A stretch of 39,085 nucleotides of DNA, from IMG/VR virus record IMGVR_UViG_3300031228_000017, positions 1 to 39,085 of that record, one strand, 5' to 3'. Shown in pieces: positions 1 to 8,199 of this stretch. The position numbers and the translations under genes are program-made. The notes under the pieces are model-generated. The model ran no database searches, was not told where the DNA came from, and saw only the letters and a list, made by a program, of their open reading frames with translations. How positions within the stretch are numbered: the stretch's first letter is position 1; each line of letters starts with the position of its first letter. This DNA is from a virus (Duplodnaviria; Caudoviricetes).

Positions 1-2
1 TC

Positions 3-173
3 GGCGCGGTCGAGAAGACCCTCACGGCGAAGCTCGACGGCATGAAGTGGAAGATCCTCGGCCCGGCGATCGTGCAAGTCGTCGCCGCGCTCGGCGTCAT
101 CTTCGCCGCCCGGCCGCAGACCGCGCAGACCGCGATCGAGGCCCTCGGGCGCGTCGTCGGCGGCCTCGCGTGA
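3..173 (+). CDS. partial membrane protein upstream of the endolysin (5' truncated)
   Basis: Open frame ...GMKWKILGPAIVQVVAALGVIFAARP... with a hydrophobic stretch; its TGA overlaps the GTG of the endolysin. Confidence 0.55.
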   Translation, partial: GAVEKTLTAKLDGMKWKILGPAIVQVVAALGVIFAARPQTAQTAIEALGRVVGGLA

Positions 174-1126
174 CGTACCGCGAGCAGGCCCTCCTGTACG
201 CGATCGCCGAGATCGGCGTCCGCGAGTCCCCGTCCGGCTCGAACTCCGGCCCGCGGGTGAACGAGTACCTCGCCTCGGCGGGCCTCGGCCCCGGCTACCC
301 CTGGTGCATGGCCTTCCTGCACTTCTGCTTCCGCCGCGCGGGCCTCGTCCTCGACCATCCGAACCTTGCGTCGGTCGGCTTCTTCGAGTCGTGGGCGCGC
401 TCGAACGGCTACCTCGTCCCGACGCCCGAGCGGGGCGACCTTGTCTGCTACCGCTTCGACGGCGACGACTGGCCCGACCACGTCGGGATCGTCGAGCGGG
501 TCGAGGGCGGCACGATCTACACCGTCGAGGGGAACACCGCTCTCGGCAACGACGCGAACGGCGGCATGGTCATGCGTCGCTCTCGCCCTCTCCACCGCGT
601 GAAGTTCGCCCGCATCCCGGGGCAGGCCGCGCCGACCCCCGATCCTCAGGAGGCCCCGAACGTGTACCCCTGGCTCGAAGACTGGCTCCGCTGGAACTTC
701 CACGGGCGGAACGAGGGCGCTCCGCGCCCGGCGAACGTCCCCGCGGCGATCCCGGCCGACGCTCTCTCCGTCTCGAAGACGATCGAGTCGATCGTCAAGC
801 TCACCGGCCCCCCGATCGTGTACCAGGGGTGGAGAGACGCGCGCCTCGTCGGCGACGTCGAGGCCCCGGCGGGGACGCCCGTCCCCGTGCCGAAGCGATG
901 GTGGGCGGGCGCGACGGCCGACCACTCGTTCGCGAACCGCTACGCCGAGAAGCTCGTCGCGGCCGTGTCGGCCGAGAAGGCGCTCATCGTGACGCAGCTT
1001 CAGGAGCAGATCGACGCGCTCGAACTCGCGCTCGACGCCGACGGCGCGACGGACGCGGAGCGCGACGCCGAGATCGGCGCGCTACTCGAACAGGCCCTCG
1101 ACCGGCTCAGAAGGGAGCAGGCATGA
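170..1126 (+). CDS. endolysin with N-terminal CHAP domain
   Basis: GVRE-x-SNSGPRVNEY, PWCMAF (catalytic Cys), DHVGIVE (His) and TVEGNT motifs; GTG start at 170 chosen from the GTGA overlap. Confidence 0.85.
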   Translation: MTYREQALLYAIAEIGVRESPSGSNSGPRVNEYLASAGLGPGYPWCMAFLHFCFRRAGLVLDHPNLASVGFFESWARSNGYLVPTPERGDLVCYRFDGDDWPDHVGIVERVEGGTIYTVEGNTALGNDANGGMVMRRSRPLHRVKFARIPGQAAPTPDPQEAPNVYPWLEDWLRWNFHGRNEGAPRPANVPAAIPADALSVSKTIESIVKLTGPPIVYQGWRDARLVGDVEAPAGTPVPVPKRWWAGATADHSFANRYAEKLVAAVSAEKALIVTQLQEQIDALELALDADGATDAERDAEIGALLEQALDRLRREQA

Positions 1127-1449
1127 AGACCCCCTCGATCACCCCCGCGCAGATCCTCGCCTTCGTGACGGCCGTCCTCGGGATGCTCGTCTCGATGGGC
1201 CTCATCGACGACGCCGTCTCGAAGTCGATCGCGGGCGTCGCGGCGACGGCGATCCCGCTCGCGCTCATCATGGCGGACACGATGCTCCGGCGGACGCGCG
1301 CGCAGAACGCCGAGGCGATCCTCGGAGCGAAGGCCGTCCAGGCCGCCGCGGAGGCGCACGCGGCGCGGGCGAAGGCGGCGGCCGTCGAGGCCGCGCGCGC
1401 GCCTCAGGACGTGGACGTCGAGGACCTCGGCCCGTACGACGGGACGTAA
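1123..1449 (+). CDS. holin-like protein with two transmembrane segments
   Basis: MKTPSITPAQILAFVTAVLGMLVSMGL...IAGVAATAIPLALIM; directly after the endolysin, preceded by AAGGGAGCAG. Confidence 0.7.
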   Translation: MKTPSITPAQILAFVTAVLGMLVSMGLIDDAVSKSIAGVAATAIPLALIMADTMLRRTRAQNAEAILGAKAVQAAAEAHAARAKAAAVEAARAPQDVDVEDLGPYDGT

Positions 1450-1548
1450 GGCCCGGCCGTGCTGAAGTGGCTAGAGATCACCCCGAGTCCGACCCTCGCG
1501 GCGCTGAGGCTTCTCTCGACCCTGCTCGACCGGCGGCGGTAGCTTGCC

Positions 1549-1791
1549 ATGCTCGAATCGACGGACAACGCGGCCCCGGATGACGGGGCCGCGCGCGTTC
1601 TCGGGAAGGTCGAGGCGTGGCGCGCGGACGAGTTCGAGCGCGCGGGCCTCGACCCGCTCCGGGCGGGCTTCGCGGCCGTCGCTCGCGACTCGGTCGCGCA
1701 GGGCTACGCGATCGACGTCGAGTCGTTCCGGGCGCTCACGCGCAAGGGCGCGACGCCGGATCAGGCGTACGAGATCCTCCGGCCTCTGTAA
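1549..1791 (+). CDS. hypothetical protein
   Basis: 80 aa ORF with genome-typical codon usage. Confidence 0.5.
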   Translation: MLESTDNAAPDDGAARVLGKVEAWRADEFERAGLDPLRAGFAAVARDSVAQGYAIDVESFRALTRKGATPDQAYEILRPL

Positions 1792-1958
1792 GCCCCTCTA
1801 ACGCGTCGAGGCCCCCGGACGGATGCTGCGTCGCCGGGGGCCTCGGTGCGTCTGAGACGGGCGCACGGCTTCGCCGCGGCCCCGTGGTAATGGAGGGTCG
1901 TCGTCGTCCGGGCGGGCGAGGGCGTTCCGCTTCCTCCAAGTCCCCTCGCGCTTCTTCG

Positions 1959-2264
1959 TCATGCCGCCGCCTCGTCGCCCTCGACGTCCTTCGCGAAGAC
2001 GACCTCGGGGATCTCGCCGAGCTTCTCGCGGCACGTCACGCAGACCGGCGCGCGCTCGACGACCTCGGCGCGGGGATCCGCTCCGTCGATCCGCCGGGCG
2101 ACGTCTCCGCGCTTGCCGCAGATCGCGAGGCCCTCGTTCAGGACGTGGGCGGCCGTGCCGTTCCCGATGAGGCCGTAATCGACCTCGGGCGCGAGCATGA
2201 CGCCGTAGCCTCGACCGGCGCGGTACAGCCGGATCGCGGGGTGGAAGACGATCTCTCTCTTCAT
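1959..2264 (-). CDS. hypothetical protein, possibly Zn-binding
   Basis: AAGGGAGCAGAC-ATG start; ICG...CVTC cysteines. Confidence 0.65.
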   Translation of the reverse strand: MKREIVFHPAIRLYRAGRGYGVMLAPEVDYGLIGNGTAAHVLNEGLAICGKRGDVARRIDGADPRAEVVERAPVCVTCREKLGEIPEVVFAKDVEGDEAAA

Positions 2265-2286
2265 GTCTGCTCCCTTCGAGCCGGGC

Positions 2287-2901
2287 CTAGAGGCCCGGCT
2301 CGCTCATCGTGCGGTCGTGGATCGGACAGATCGGAAGCCCGCGCTCGATCGCGGCGCGGCTCATCCGGACGATGTACGGCTCGCCTTCGGCGAGGCAGTC
2401 CTCGCACTCGACCTTCAGGAGGCGCGTCCCGGCCTTCTTCTTCGCACCGATGCCGACGGCAAGCGCGGAGTGCGGGTACGGCCCGAGCTTCGCGAGGATC
2501 GGGTCGGCGATCTCGACGAAGCCCTCGCCCGCCGTCGTCGCGGTCGGCTTGCCGGTGAGGCCGAGCGCCCGTACCATCCGGACGAACGGGCCGCGGTGTC
2601 CGTTCTCGCAGTTGTCGGCGGCGTGCGCGAGTTCGTGGACGAGCGTCGCGGCGACGTCCATCGGATCGGCGAGCGTGGGGGAGACGAAGAGTTCGTTCGC
2701 TCCGTCGCCGCTCGCGGCCGACGTCCAGCACTCGCCGATTGCCCGGCGCGTCGCGGCGCGGGCCTTCGACGAGGGGAAGCCGCACGTCACGCGGTACGGC
2801 CTTTCGAGGGGGTGGCCGATCGACTCGAACATCGGCTCGAACTCGGTCGCGAGGGCGGCGAGCCAACCCTCGCGGTTCACTGGCGGCGCTGCGTCCTTCA
2901 T
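2287..2901 (-). CDS. SprT-like zinc metalloprotease with C-terminal Zn ribbon
   Basis: LVHELAH (HExxH) followed by HRGPF; CEDC...CPIH; driven by the promoter cassette at 2899-2965. Confidence 0.75.
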   Translation of the reverse strand: MKDAAPPVNREGWLAALATEFEPMFESIGHPLERPYRVTCGFPSSKARAATRRAIGECWTSAASGDGANELFVSPTLADPMDVAATLVHELAHAADNCENGHRGPFVRMVRALGLTGKPTATTAGEGFVEIADPILAKLGPYPHSALAVGIGAKKKAGTRLLKVECEDCLAEGEPYIVRMSRAAIERGLPICPIHDRTMSEPGL

Positions 2902-2965
2902 GTCTGCTCCCTTCGTCGTGGTCTTCATGTCAGGGATCCTAGACCACGTCGGGGGGCCGTGTCAA
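2899..2965 (-). promoter_or_regulatory. repeated promoter/operator/RBS cassette
   Basis: TTGACA-18-TAGGAT-CCCTGAC-ATG(2928)...AAGGGAGCAGAC-ATG(2901). Confidence 0.85.
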
Positions 2966-2987
2966 GGCCCCCCGACGTATCGGCCGT

Positions 2988-3128
2988 TTAGACGGCCCTC
3001 CGGAACCCGCGGACGACGGAGACGGCGACTATGAAGACGAGGATCAGGACGCCGCCGGGGTCGAGGCCGTACGCCGCGGCGAGGATCGCGGCGACGAGCG
3101 CGCCTCCGGCGATCAGGACGTCGCTCAT
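2988..3128 (-). CDS. small membrane protein
   Basis: MSDVLIAGGALVAAILAAAYGLDPGGVLILVFIVAVSVV, two hydrophobic segments; ATGA overlap with the upstream gene. Confidence 0.55.
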   Translation of the reverse strand: MSDVLIAGGALVAAILAAAYGLDPGGVLILVFIVAVSVVRGFRRAV

Positions 3129-3466
3129 GCCTCGACCTCGAACAGTGTCGGCTGCTCGACCTCGTAGCCCGTGAGGCCGCACGCGGCGAGCGTCCCCGGG
3201 AGGCCCTGGCCGAAGAGACGCCGCATCGTCCGATCGGACGGGAGGCGCGGCGGGGCGAGGTCGGTCGTCACCGGAAGGCGGCCCTCGGTCGCCGTGAACG
3301 CCCGGAACGCCTCGACGGCCTCCGGGCGCGTCCAGACGCCGGAGCGGATCCCCTCGCGGCGTGCGGTCGCCTGCGCGCGGACGGCGTCGTTCCGGAGGGC
3401 GCGCAGTCGGGCGCGAGCTTCGGCCTCGGAGATCCCGGCGGCGGCTGCGAGCTTCGCGAGCCTCAC
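3125..3466 (-). CDS. protein with a homing-endonuclease-associated-repeat-like helical domain
   Basis: WTRPEAVEAFRAFTATEGRLP...PSDRTMRRLFG matches the W-x-x-E...GR-P...PS-x-T-x-x-x-FG pattern. Confidence 0.55.
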   Translation of the reverse strand: MRLAKLAAAAGISEAEARARLRALRNDAVRAQATARREGIRSGVWTRPEAVEAFRAFTATEGRLPVTTDLAPPRLPSDRTMRRLFGQGLPGTLAACGLTGYEVEQPTLFEVEA

Positions 3467-3690
3467 GACGTCACCCGGAGGATCCCGAGGGCGACGAGGA
3501 CGTCGCGGGCCTCGTCGGGCCGGACGTCGGCCTCGTTCGCGAGGTCGGCGATCCCGGCGTCGTCGAGGACGAACCGCGACCCGTTGCGGGACTTCACGAC
3601 GGCGACGCGGCCGTCGTGCATCGGGGCCGCGGCGAAGTCGAGGTCGGCGAGTTCGAGCGGGCGGCCGGGGGTTCGGTGAAAGGCGCTCAC
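3463..3690 (-). CDS. hypothetical protein
   Basis: GTGA-coupled ORF MSAFHRTPGRPLELADLDF... Confidence 0.55.
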   Translation of the reverse strand: MSAFHRTPGRPLELADLDFAAAPMHDGRVAVVKSRNGSRFVLDDAGIADLANEADVRPDEARDVLVALGILRVTS

Positions 3691-4244
3691 GCGGCCCACG
3701 TCCGGAGCTTCGACGAGTAGGTCGGATCGTCGTCGCACTCGTCCCACGCGCCGGGGAGATCGACCACGACGGCCGCCTCGGCCGCGACGTCGTCGCCGAC
3801 GATCGCGGGGTGGAAGTAGACGTCGGCGAATCCGTCCGACCTGATCTCGTTCGTCGGGTGCCGGTGGAAGAGGCCGACGCAGTCCATGGCGCAGAAGAGG
3901 CGATCGACCGTGTCGATCGAGAGCCACCGCGACCCGCCTTCGGAGTCGTGACGGCCCGAGAGGATCCGGGAGAGCATCTTCGTACTGACGCCCGCGCGAG
4001 CGGCGAGGACGTCGCGGGATCCGGCCGAGCCGACGGACTCGGAGTAGTCGGAGCGGGGGCCGCACGCGCTCCGGACGGCGGCGTTCTCGATCTCGAAGCG
4101 GTGAAGCCACCCGGCGACCACGGCGCGGACGCGGTGCGTCTGGACGTACTGTCCCGGACGCTTGAACTTGCCGGTCGGCTCGCCGTCGAACTGCGGGCCT
4201 CCGGTGCGGGCGAGATCGGCTAGGTCGTACGTGGGGTTCGACAT
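3687..4244 (-). CDS. HTH (XRE-like) DNA-binding protein
   Basis: SRDVLAARAGVSTKMLSRILSG helix-turn-helix; AAGGGAGCAG upstream; promoter TTGCGC-17-TATCGT at about 4303-4331. Confidence 0.6.
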   Translation of the reverse strand: MSNPTYDLADLARTGGPQFDGEPTGKFKRPGQYVQTHRVRAVVAGWLHRFEIENAAVRSACGPRSDYSESVGSAGSRDVLAARAGVSTKMLSRILSGRHDSEGGSRWLSIDTVDRLFCAMDCVGLFHRHPTNEIRSDGFADVYFHPAIVGDDVAAEAAVVVDLPGAWDECDDDPTYSSKLRTWAA

Positions 4245-4377
4245 TGAGAGGGTCTGCTCCCTTTCGGTAGGTGGGCGCGCACGTCAGCCGTACGCAAGGC
4301 GCACGATAGCCGAGACGCACGGAAAGCGCAAGGGGGACGTACGTCGGCTTCGTCGGCGCGCTCCGATAGGCCGCTCA

Positions 4378-4449
4378 GACGTCGAGTTGTCCCCCGGCAC
4401 AATCCGGCAGATGGGGGCCAGGGGCCGGAATCCCTGCGACTCGGTCGTC
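4378..4449 (+). ncRNA. candidate structured RNA (three-way junction with kissing loops)
   Basis: P1 4378-4389/4437-4449, P2 4391-4395/4413-4417, P3 4419-4423/4432-4436; loop TCCGGC 4403-4408 is complementary to GCCGGA 4424-4429; TCCGATAG upstream and a hairpin at 4456-4504 downstream. Confidence 0.4.
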
Positions 4450-4646
4450 CGACCCGAAGGCCCGAGCGGGGCGGCGCGCTAGACGCCGCGAGCCTCGGGC
4501 CTTCCTCGTAGTGCAACGGTACTACGACGGCACTACGGCGGAAACGGCGGCCCTTTGTCCATGCGGCGCGCGTACGCCCGGCGGGCTAGAAACGGCTCCG
4601 TTATGCGGTTCTCCGCGTTCCCCTTCCCTACCGTCGGACTGCGGGA

Positions 4647-4693
4647 CTTCACTCGTAATGAAGGGGTCGGGAGTTCGAGTCTCCCCGTCGGCT
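4647..4693 (+). other. attP common core: 3' part of tRNA-Thr(CGT)
   Basis: Anticodon arm CTTCA-CTCGTAA-TGAAG, T arm GGGAG-TTCGAGT-CTCCC and 3' acceptor CGTCGGC-T; the 5' acceptor strand and D arm are absent. Confidence 0.85.
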
Positions 4694-4728
4694 TTCCGCG
4701 TAGCCATGCGGGTTTGAGCGGTACGAGA

Positions 4729-4750
4729 GAGGGGGCCTTTCGGCCCCCTC
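4729..4750. terminator. hairpin terminator beside attP
   Basis: GAGGGGGCC-TTTC-GGCCCCCTC. Confidence 0.65.
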
Positions 4751-4792
4751 GACGGTACTAAAACGGCACTACCCGCGCGGGCGGCGGAACCC

Positions 4793-5065
4793 CTACCGGC
4801 ATAGTTCCTTCCGGAGGATCGCCGCGCCCTCATCGACGCGCATCCAGGCTTCCCACGCCTCGCGGCCCCGGGCCTGCTCGACGTGGAAGCCGTCGTCGGC
4901 GAACTGCGTCAGGATCTCGGCCATGCGCTCGCCGTGCGTAGTGAACGAGTCGGCGACGCCGTCGCGGTAGACCGTGACGCGGAACGTGTCGTCGGCGATC
5001 GCGCCGAGGCGCGAGGCGACCATCGACGTGTTGAGCTTCGAGTTCGCGTACCGGATCTTCGTCAT
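4793..5065 (-). CDS. cassette-driven hypothetical protein
   Basis: MTKIRYANSKLNTS...; starts at the cassette SD-led ATG. Confidence 0.7.
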   Translation of the reverse strand: MTKIRYANSKLNTSMVASRLGAIADDTFRVTVYRDGVADSFTTHGERMAEILTQFADDGFHVEQARGREAWEAWMRVDEGAAILRKELCR

Positions 5066-5131
5066 GTCTGCTCCCTTGCTCGCGGTGGACTTCATGTCAG
5101 GGATACTAGACACGACGGGAGAGCTTGTCAA
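5063..5131 (-). promoter_or_regulatory. repeated promoter/operator/RBS cassette
   Basis: TTGACA-17-TAGTAT-CCCTGAC-ATG(5095)...AAGGGAGCAGAC-ATG(5065). Confidence 0.85.
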
Positions 5132-5254
5132 GGCCCCGCGACAGAAGGCCGACGAGACGCCGGAGCGGCGCTTCGAGGCCGAGCCGCCGGAGAGCCTCGA
5201 CGATCCGCTCGTCGGTCGTGCCGAGCGCCCACGCGAGGAAGCTCCGACGGCCGC

Positions 5255-5449
5255 TCACGACGCCCGCCTCTCGGCGGCTTCGCCCTCGGACTCGATCGCG
5301 AGGACGCGCGCCTCGCACCGCTCGACCGCGTCGCGCCAGTCCTGCTCGGTGAGGTTCCCGCGGTTCCGGTCGAGCGCCCGGCGCGACGCGTCGAGACTCT
5401 CGACGGCGCGCTCGTAGCGCGCCGCGATGAACTCGGCGGCCGTCTTCAC
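5255..5449 (-). CDS. hypothetical protein
   Basis: GTG start coupled to the upstream stop; MKTAAEFIAARYERAVESL... Confidence 0.5.
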   Translation of the reverse strand: MKTAAEFIAARYERAVESLDASRRALDRNRGNLTEQDWRDAVERCEARVLAIESEGEAAERRAS

Positions 5450-5694
5450 GACGTCACCGCGGCCCGCATGAAGCCGCGGTGCCACTCGCGCCCGGCGTCC
5501 CGCCCGGCGGCCGTCGTGCGGGCCTCGAAGATCGCGTTCGCTGCGTCCGCGCCCTCGTCGCTCAGGGCCGAGAGGACCTCGGTCATCGCGCCGGAGAGGT
5601 CGTCGCCCGTGAGGCCCGACGCCTGAAGCGCCTCCCACTGGCCGCGGAGCTTCGAGAGGGACTCGATCGCCTGAATGTCTGCCGTGCCGGTCAT
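5446..5694 (-). CDS. cassette-driven hypothetical protein
   Basis: MTGTADIQAIESLSKLRGQW... Confidence 0.65.
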   Translation of the reverse strand: MTGTADIQAIESLSKLRGQWEALQASGLTGDDLSGAMTEVLSALSDEGADAANAIFEARTTAAGRDAGREWHRGFMRAAVTS

Positions 5695-5754
5695 GCCTGC
5701 TCCCTTCGTCGAGTTCATGTAAGGGATCCTAGACACGCTCGCCGCCGTTGTCAA
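5692..5754 (-). promoter_or_regulatory. repeated promoter/operator/RBS cassette
   Basis: TTGACA-17-TAGGAT-CCCTTAC-ATG(5718)...AAGGGAGCAGGC-ATG(5694). Confidence 0.85.
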
Positions 5755-6058
5755 GGCCCCGCGACAGAGATCGAAGGACGTCGAGGGACTCGTCCGAGGC
5801 GACGTCGGTCGCGGACGCCTGCGCGAGGCGGTCGTCCCCTTCGCGTTCGAGGTCGCGAGCGAGCGGGAAGACGAGGTCGATCGCGCGGTACATGCGCCGC
5901 GTGGCGGTCGCCTCGGCGCGGCGGACGGAGTTCCCGTGCTTCTCGCCGCGGATCCACGCGGCGAACCTCTCGTCCTCGATCTCCCTCCACTTGCGGTATT
6001 CGACGACGGCCGCGAGAGCCTCGTCGATCTGCTCCGCGAGCCACGCCCGGGCGCTCAC
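5729..6058 (-). CDS. hypothetical protein
   Basis: GTGA-coupled 109 aa ORF; 3' end runs into the next cassette promoter. Confidence 0.55.
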   Translation of the reverse strand: MSARAWLAEQIDEALAAVVEYRKWREIEDERFAAWIRGEKHGNSVRRAEATATRRMYRAIDLVFPLARDLEREGDDRLAQASATDVASDESLDVLRSLSRGLDNGGERV

Positions 6059-6405
6059 GCGTCGGCCCTCGCGCCGAGGCGAAGCTCGTCCACGGCGGCG
6101 ACGAGCGCCTCGGCGATCGAGACGAGGGTCGCCTCGGACTCGGCGAAGATCGACCCGCGCTTCGCGATCGCTCGCGCGGCCCGGAGCGTCGCCTCGCGCT
6201 CCGAGACGGACAGGGCCGCGGCGGGGATCTGCTCGACCCGCCGGGCGATGACGTGGTCGCCGATCTCGGCCTTCATCGCGGCGATCTCGGCCTCGATCTC
6301 GGCCTCGCTCATCCCGCGGACGTCGCTCGCGGCGACGACCTTCCCGAAGAAGCCGAACTCGCCCTGCACGCCGTGGTCTACGAACTCGATCCGCTCGGTC
6401 GTCAT
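6055..6405 (-). CDS. cassette-driven hypothetical protein
   Basis: MTTERIEFVDHGVQGEFGFFG... Confidence 0.65.
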   Translation of the reverse strand: MTTERIEFVDHGVQGEFGFFGKVVAASDVRGMSEAEIEAEIAAMKAEIGDHVIARRVEQIPAAALSVSEREATLRAARAIAKRGSIFAESEATLVSIAEALVAAVDELRLGARADA

Positions 6406-6468
6406 GCCTGCTCCCTTCGTCGTCGTGTCCATGTAAGGGATCCTAGACACGGCCGCGGCGCTTGTCAA
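6403..6468 (-). promoter_or_regulatory. repeated promoter/operator/RBS cassette
   Basis: TTGACA-17-TAGGAT-CCCTTAC-ATG(6432)...AAGGGAGCAGGC-ATG(6405). Confidence 0.85.
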
Positions 6469-6504
6469 GCCCTCTCCGCGCGAGTACGCCGGGCGTCTAA
6501 ACGG

Positions 6505-6834
6505 TCAGAAGCACGCGTCGCACGTACAGAACTCGCGCGTCCCTCCGGAGGCGATCGAGCCGGACTCGCAGCGCGTCGAGCCTGCGCGCGACGGGCCGAT
6601 CTCGCCGGGGACGATCTCGTCTTCGAGCGCGGCCCGGAGGAAGTTCAGCGTCTCCGGCCGGATCTCGCCGTAGAGGGCGAGGTCGGAGGACGCGGCCTCG
6701 TACGCTTCGACGAGCGGCTTCCCGACCTCGGCGACGAGCGCGGCCCGCGCCTTCGCGGCGGCCTCGACGATCTCGGGGTCGAGGGGGACGAGGGGGATCC
6801 GCTCGACGCGGATCGAGAAGTCGTCGGCGCTCAC
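6505..6834 (-). CDS. hypothetical protein with Cys-rich C terminus
   Basis: GTGA-coupled to the integrase; ends RCESG...FCTCDACF. Confidence 0.6.
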   Translation of the reverse strand: MSADDFSIRVERIPLVPLDPEIVEAAAKARAALVAEVGKPLVEAYEAASSDLALYGEIRPETLNFLRAALEDEIVPGEIGPSRAGSTRCESGSIASGGTREFCTCDACF

Positions 6835-7961
6835 GCCTCGTCCGCCTTCGCGGCGGCCTCGCGCGCGTCGAAGCGGTCGAGAAGGTCGCGCTCGAAGTCG
6901 TCCGCGTCCGGCGCAAGGTGGCCGTACGTGCGGTCGATCATCGCGACCGACGTCCCCATCCGGCGGGCCAGGGTGTAGATGTTCACCCCGGCCGCGAGCG
7001 AGAACGCCGCGTAGGTGTGGCGCATCGCGTACGGCGTCCGCCGCGCGTCGAAGCCCGCCGCCTCGACCGCCGGGTTCCAGAAGTTCCGCCGGAACGACCG
7101 GAGCGGCAGGAAGCCGCCTCGCAGGCCCGGGAAGACGAGCGCGTCCGGGTCGAGGCCCTCGACGCGCGGCGAGAGCGCCTCGACGACGCGGGCGCGCAGC
7201 GGGATCCGCCGACGGCGGCCCTCCGTCTTCCCGTAGTCGGCGAGGCGGCCCTCGGAGTAGGCGCGGGCGACCGTCAGGGTGCCGAAGCGGAGCGCGACGT
7301 CCCGGGCGCGGAGGGCGATCCACTCTTCGGGCATGAGGCCCGTTCCGGAGACGGCGACGGCGAGGCCGCGGATCCACTCGGGAAGCTCGACGTCCATCGC
7401 CTCGACCTCGTCCCACGTCTCGAAGAACGCGACCTCGCCCTTCTTCGGGCGCGGGTTCGAGACGAGCGCGGCGACGTTCTCGACGAGGCCGGGGACGCGC
7501 GCGACGTCCTTCCCCCACGCGAGCGCCTGCGAAACGGCCTTGTGGTAGAAGTGCGCGCTCCGCTCGGGCTGGCGCTTGCGCCATGTCGCGACGTCGAGGG
7601 GCGAGAGGTCGATCGCGCGGAGGTCGCCGAAGCCGCCGTCGGCGCTCGGCTTCCGTGCGCTCGCGATCCACGCCCGGTAATTCTCGACCGTGCGCGCGCC
7701 CGCGCCGGTCTGCTCGGAGAGGTAGAGGTCGGCGAGGTCGGCGAAGGTGACGTCGCGGAGGCCCGCGCGCGCGGTGCCGGAGCGGCGGGAGAGGATCGCG
7801 TCGCGCGCCTTGTCGAGCGCCTCGCGCGCTTCGCCCTGCGTCCTGAAGCCGCCGGTCTGCTCGCGGTCGCGACCGCTCCCGAGACGGTACGCCCAAAGCG
7901 GCTTGCCGTCGGGGCCTCGCGTCTTCAGCTTGAACGTCTCGCCCTTCAGCGGTCGCGGCAT
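6831..7961 (-). CDS. int: tyrosine integrase/recombinase (first catalytic Arg replaced by Met)
   Basis: N-terminal arm-binding region (GGFRTQGEA), TFADLA, GTGLMPEE, KT, YAMRHTYA and MIDRTYGH motifs. Confidence 0.9.
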   Translation of the reverse strand: MPRPLKGETFKLKTRGPDGKPLWAYRLGSGRDREQTGGFRTQGEAREALDKARDAILSRRSGTARAGLRDVTFADLADLYLSEQTGAGARTVENYRAWIASARKPSADGGFGDLRAIDLSPLDVATWRKRQPERSAHFYHKAVSQALAWGKDVARVPGLVENVAALVSNPRPKKGEVAFFETWDEVEAMDVELPEWIRGLAVAVSGTGLMPEEWIALRARDVALRFGTLTVARAYSEGRLADYGKTEGRRRRIPLRARVVEALSPRVEGLDPDALVFPGLRGGFLPLRSFRRNFWNPAVEAAGFDARRTPYAMRHTYAAFSLAAGVNIYTLARRMGTSVAMIDRTYGHLAPDADDFERDLLDRFDAREAAAKADEA

Positions 7962-8010
7962 GTCTGCTCCCTTCGAGTCACGGTCGGATCGTAAGGCCCC
8001 GGTGCGACGC

Positions 8011-8199
8011 CTACGAGCGCGCCTGGAACTCGCGCTCGACGTACGCGTCCGCTCCGCGCTCCGTCTTGAACGTCCGGAGCGGGACGAGGCCGCCGTAGTT
8101 CCGCTGATCGGTCGCCGTGCCGTCCTCGTAGACCTCGCGGGCGACGAGGCCGCCGCCGGTCGGAACGCGCTCCCGATGATGCTCGAAGATCCCGTACAT
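8011..8199 (-). CDS. hypothetical protein
   Basis: AAGGGAGCAGAC-ATG; MYGIFEHHRERV... Confidence 0.65.
   Translation of the reverse strand: MYGIFEHHRERVPTGGGLVAREVYEDGTATDQRNYGGLVPLRTFKTERGADAYVEREFQARS

Larger units (their letters stand above)
4516..4772. other. attP region with integrase arm-type repeats
   Basis: ACGGTACTACGACGGCACTAC at 4516-4536 and ACGGTACTAAAACGGCACTAC at 4752-4772 flank the tRNA-derived core. Confidence 0.75.

Noticed and set aside
4620-4700. Complete tRNA-Thr gene
   Set aside because: No 5' acceptor strand (GCCGACG) or D arm upstream; only the 3' part is present, as expected for an attP core
5106-5258. 50 aa ORF VSGRRSFLAWALG...
   Set aside because: It is start/stop coupled but runs through the next promoter and has no other support; left uncalled
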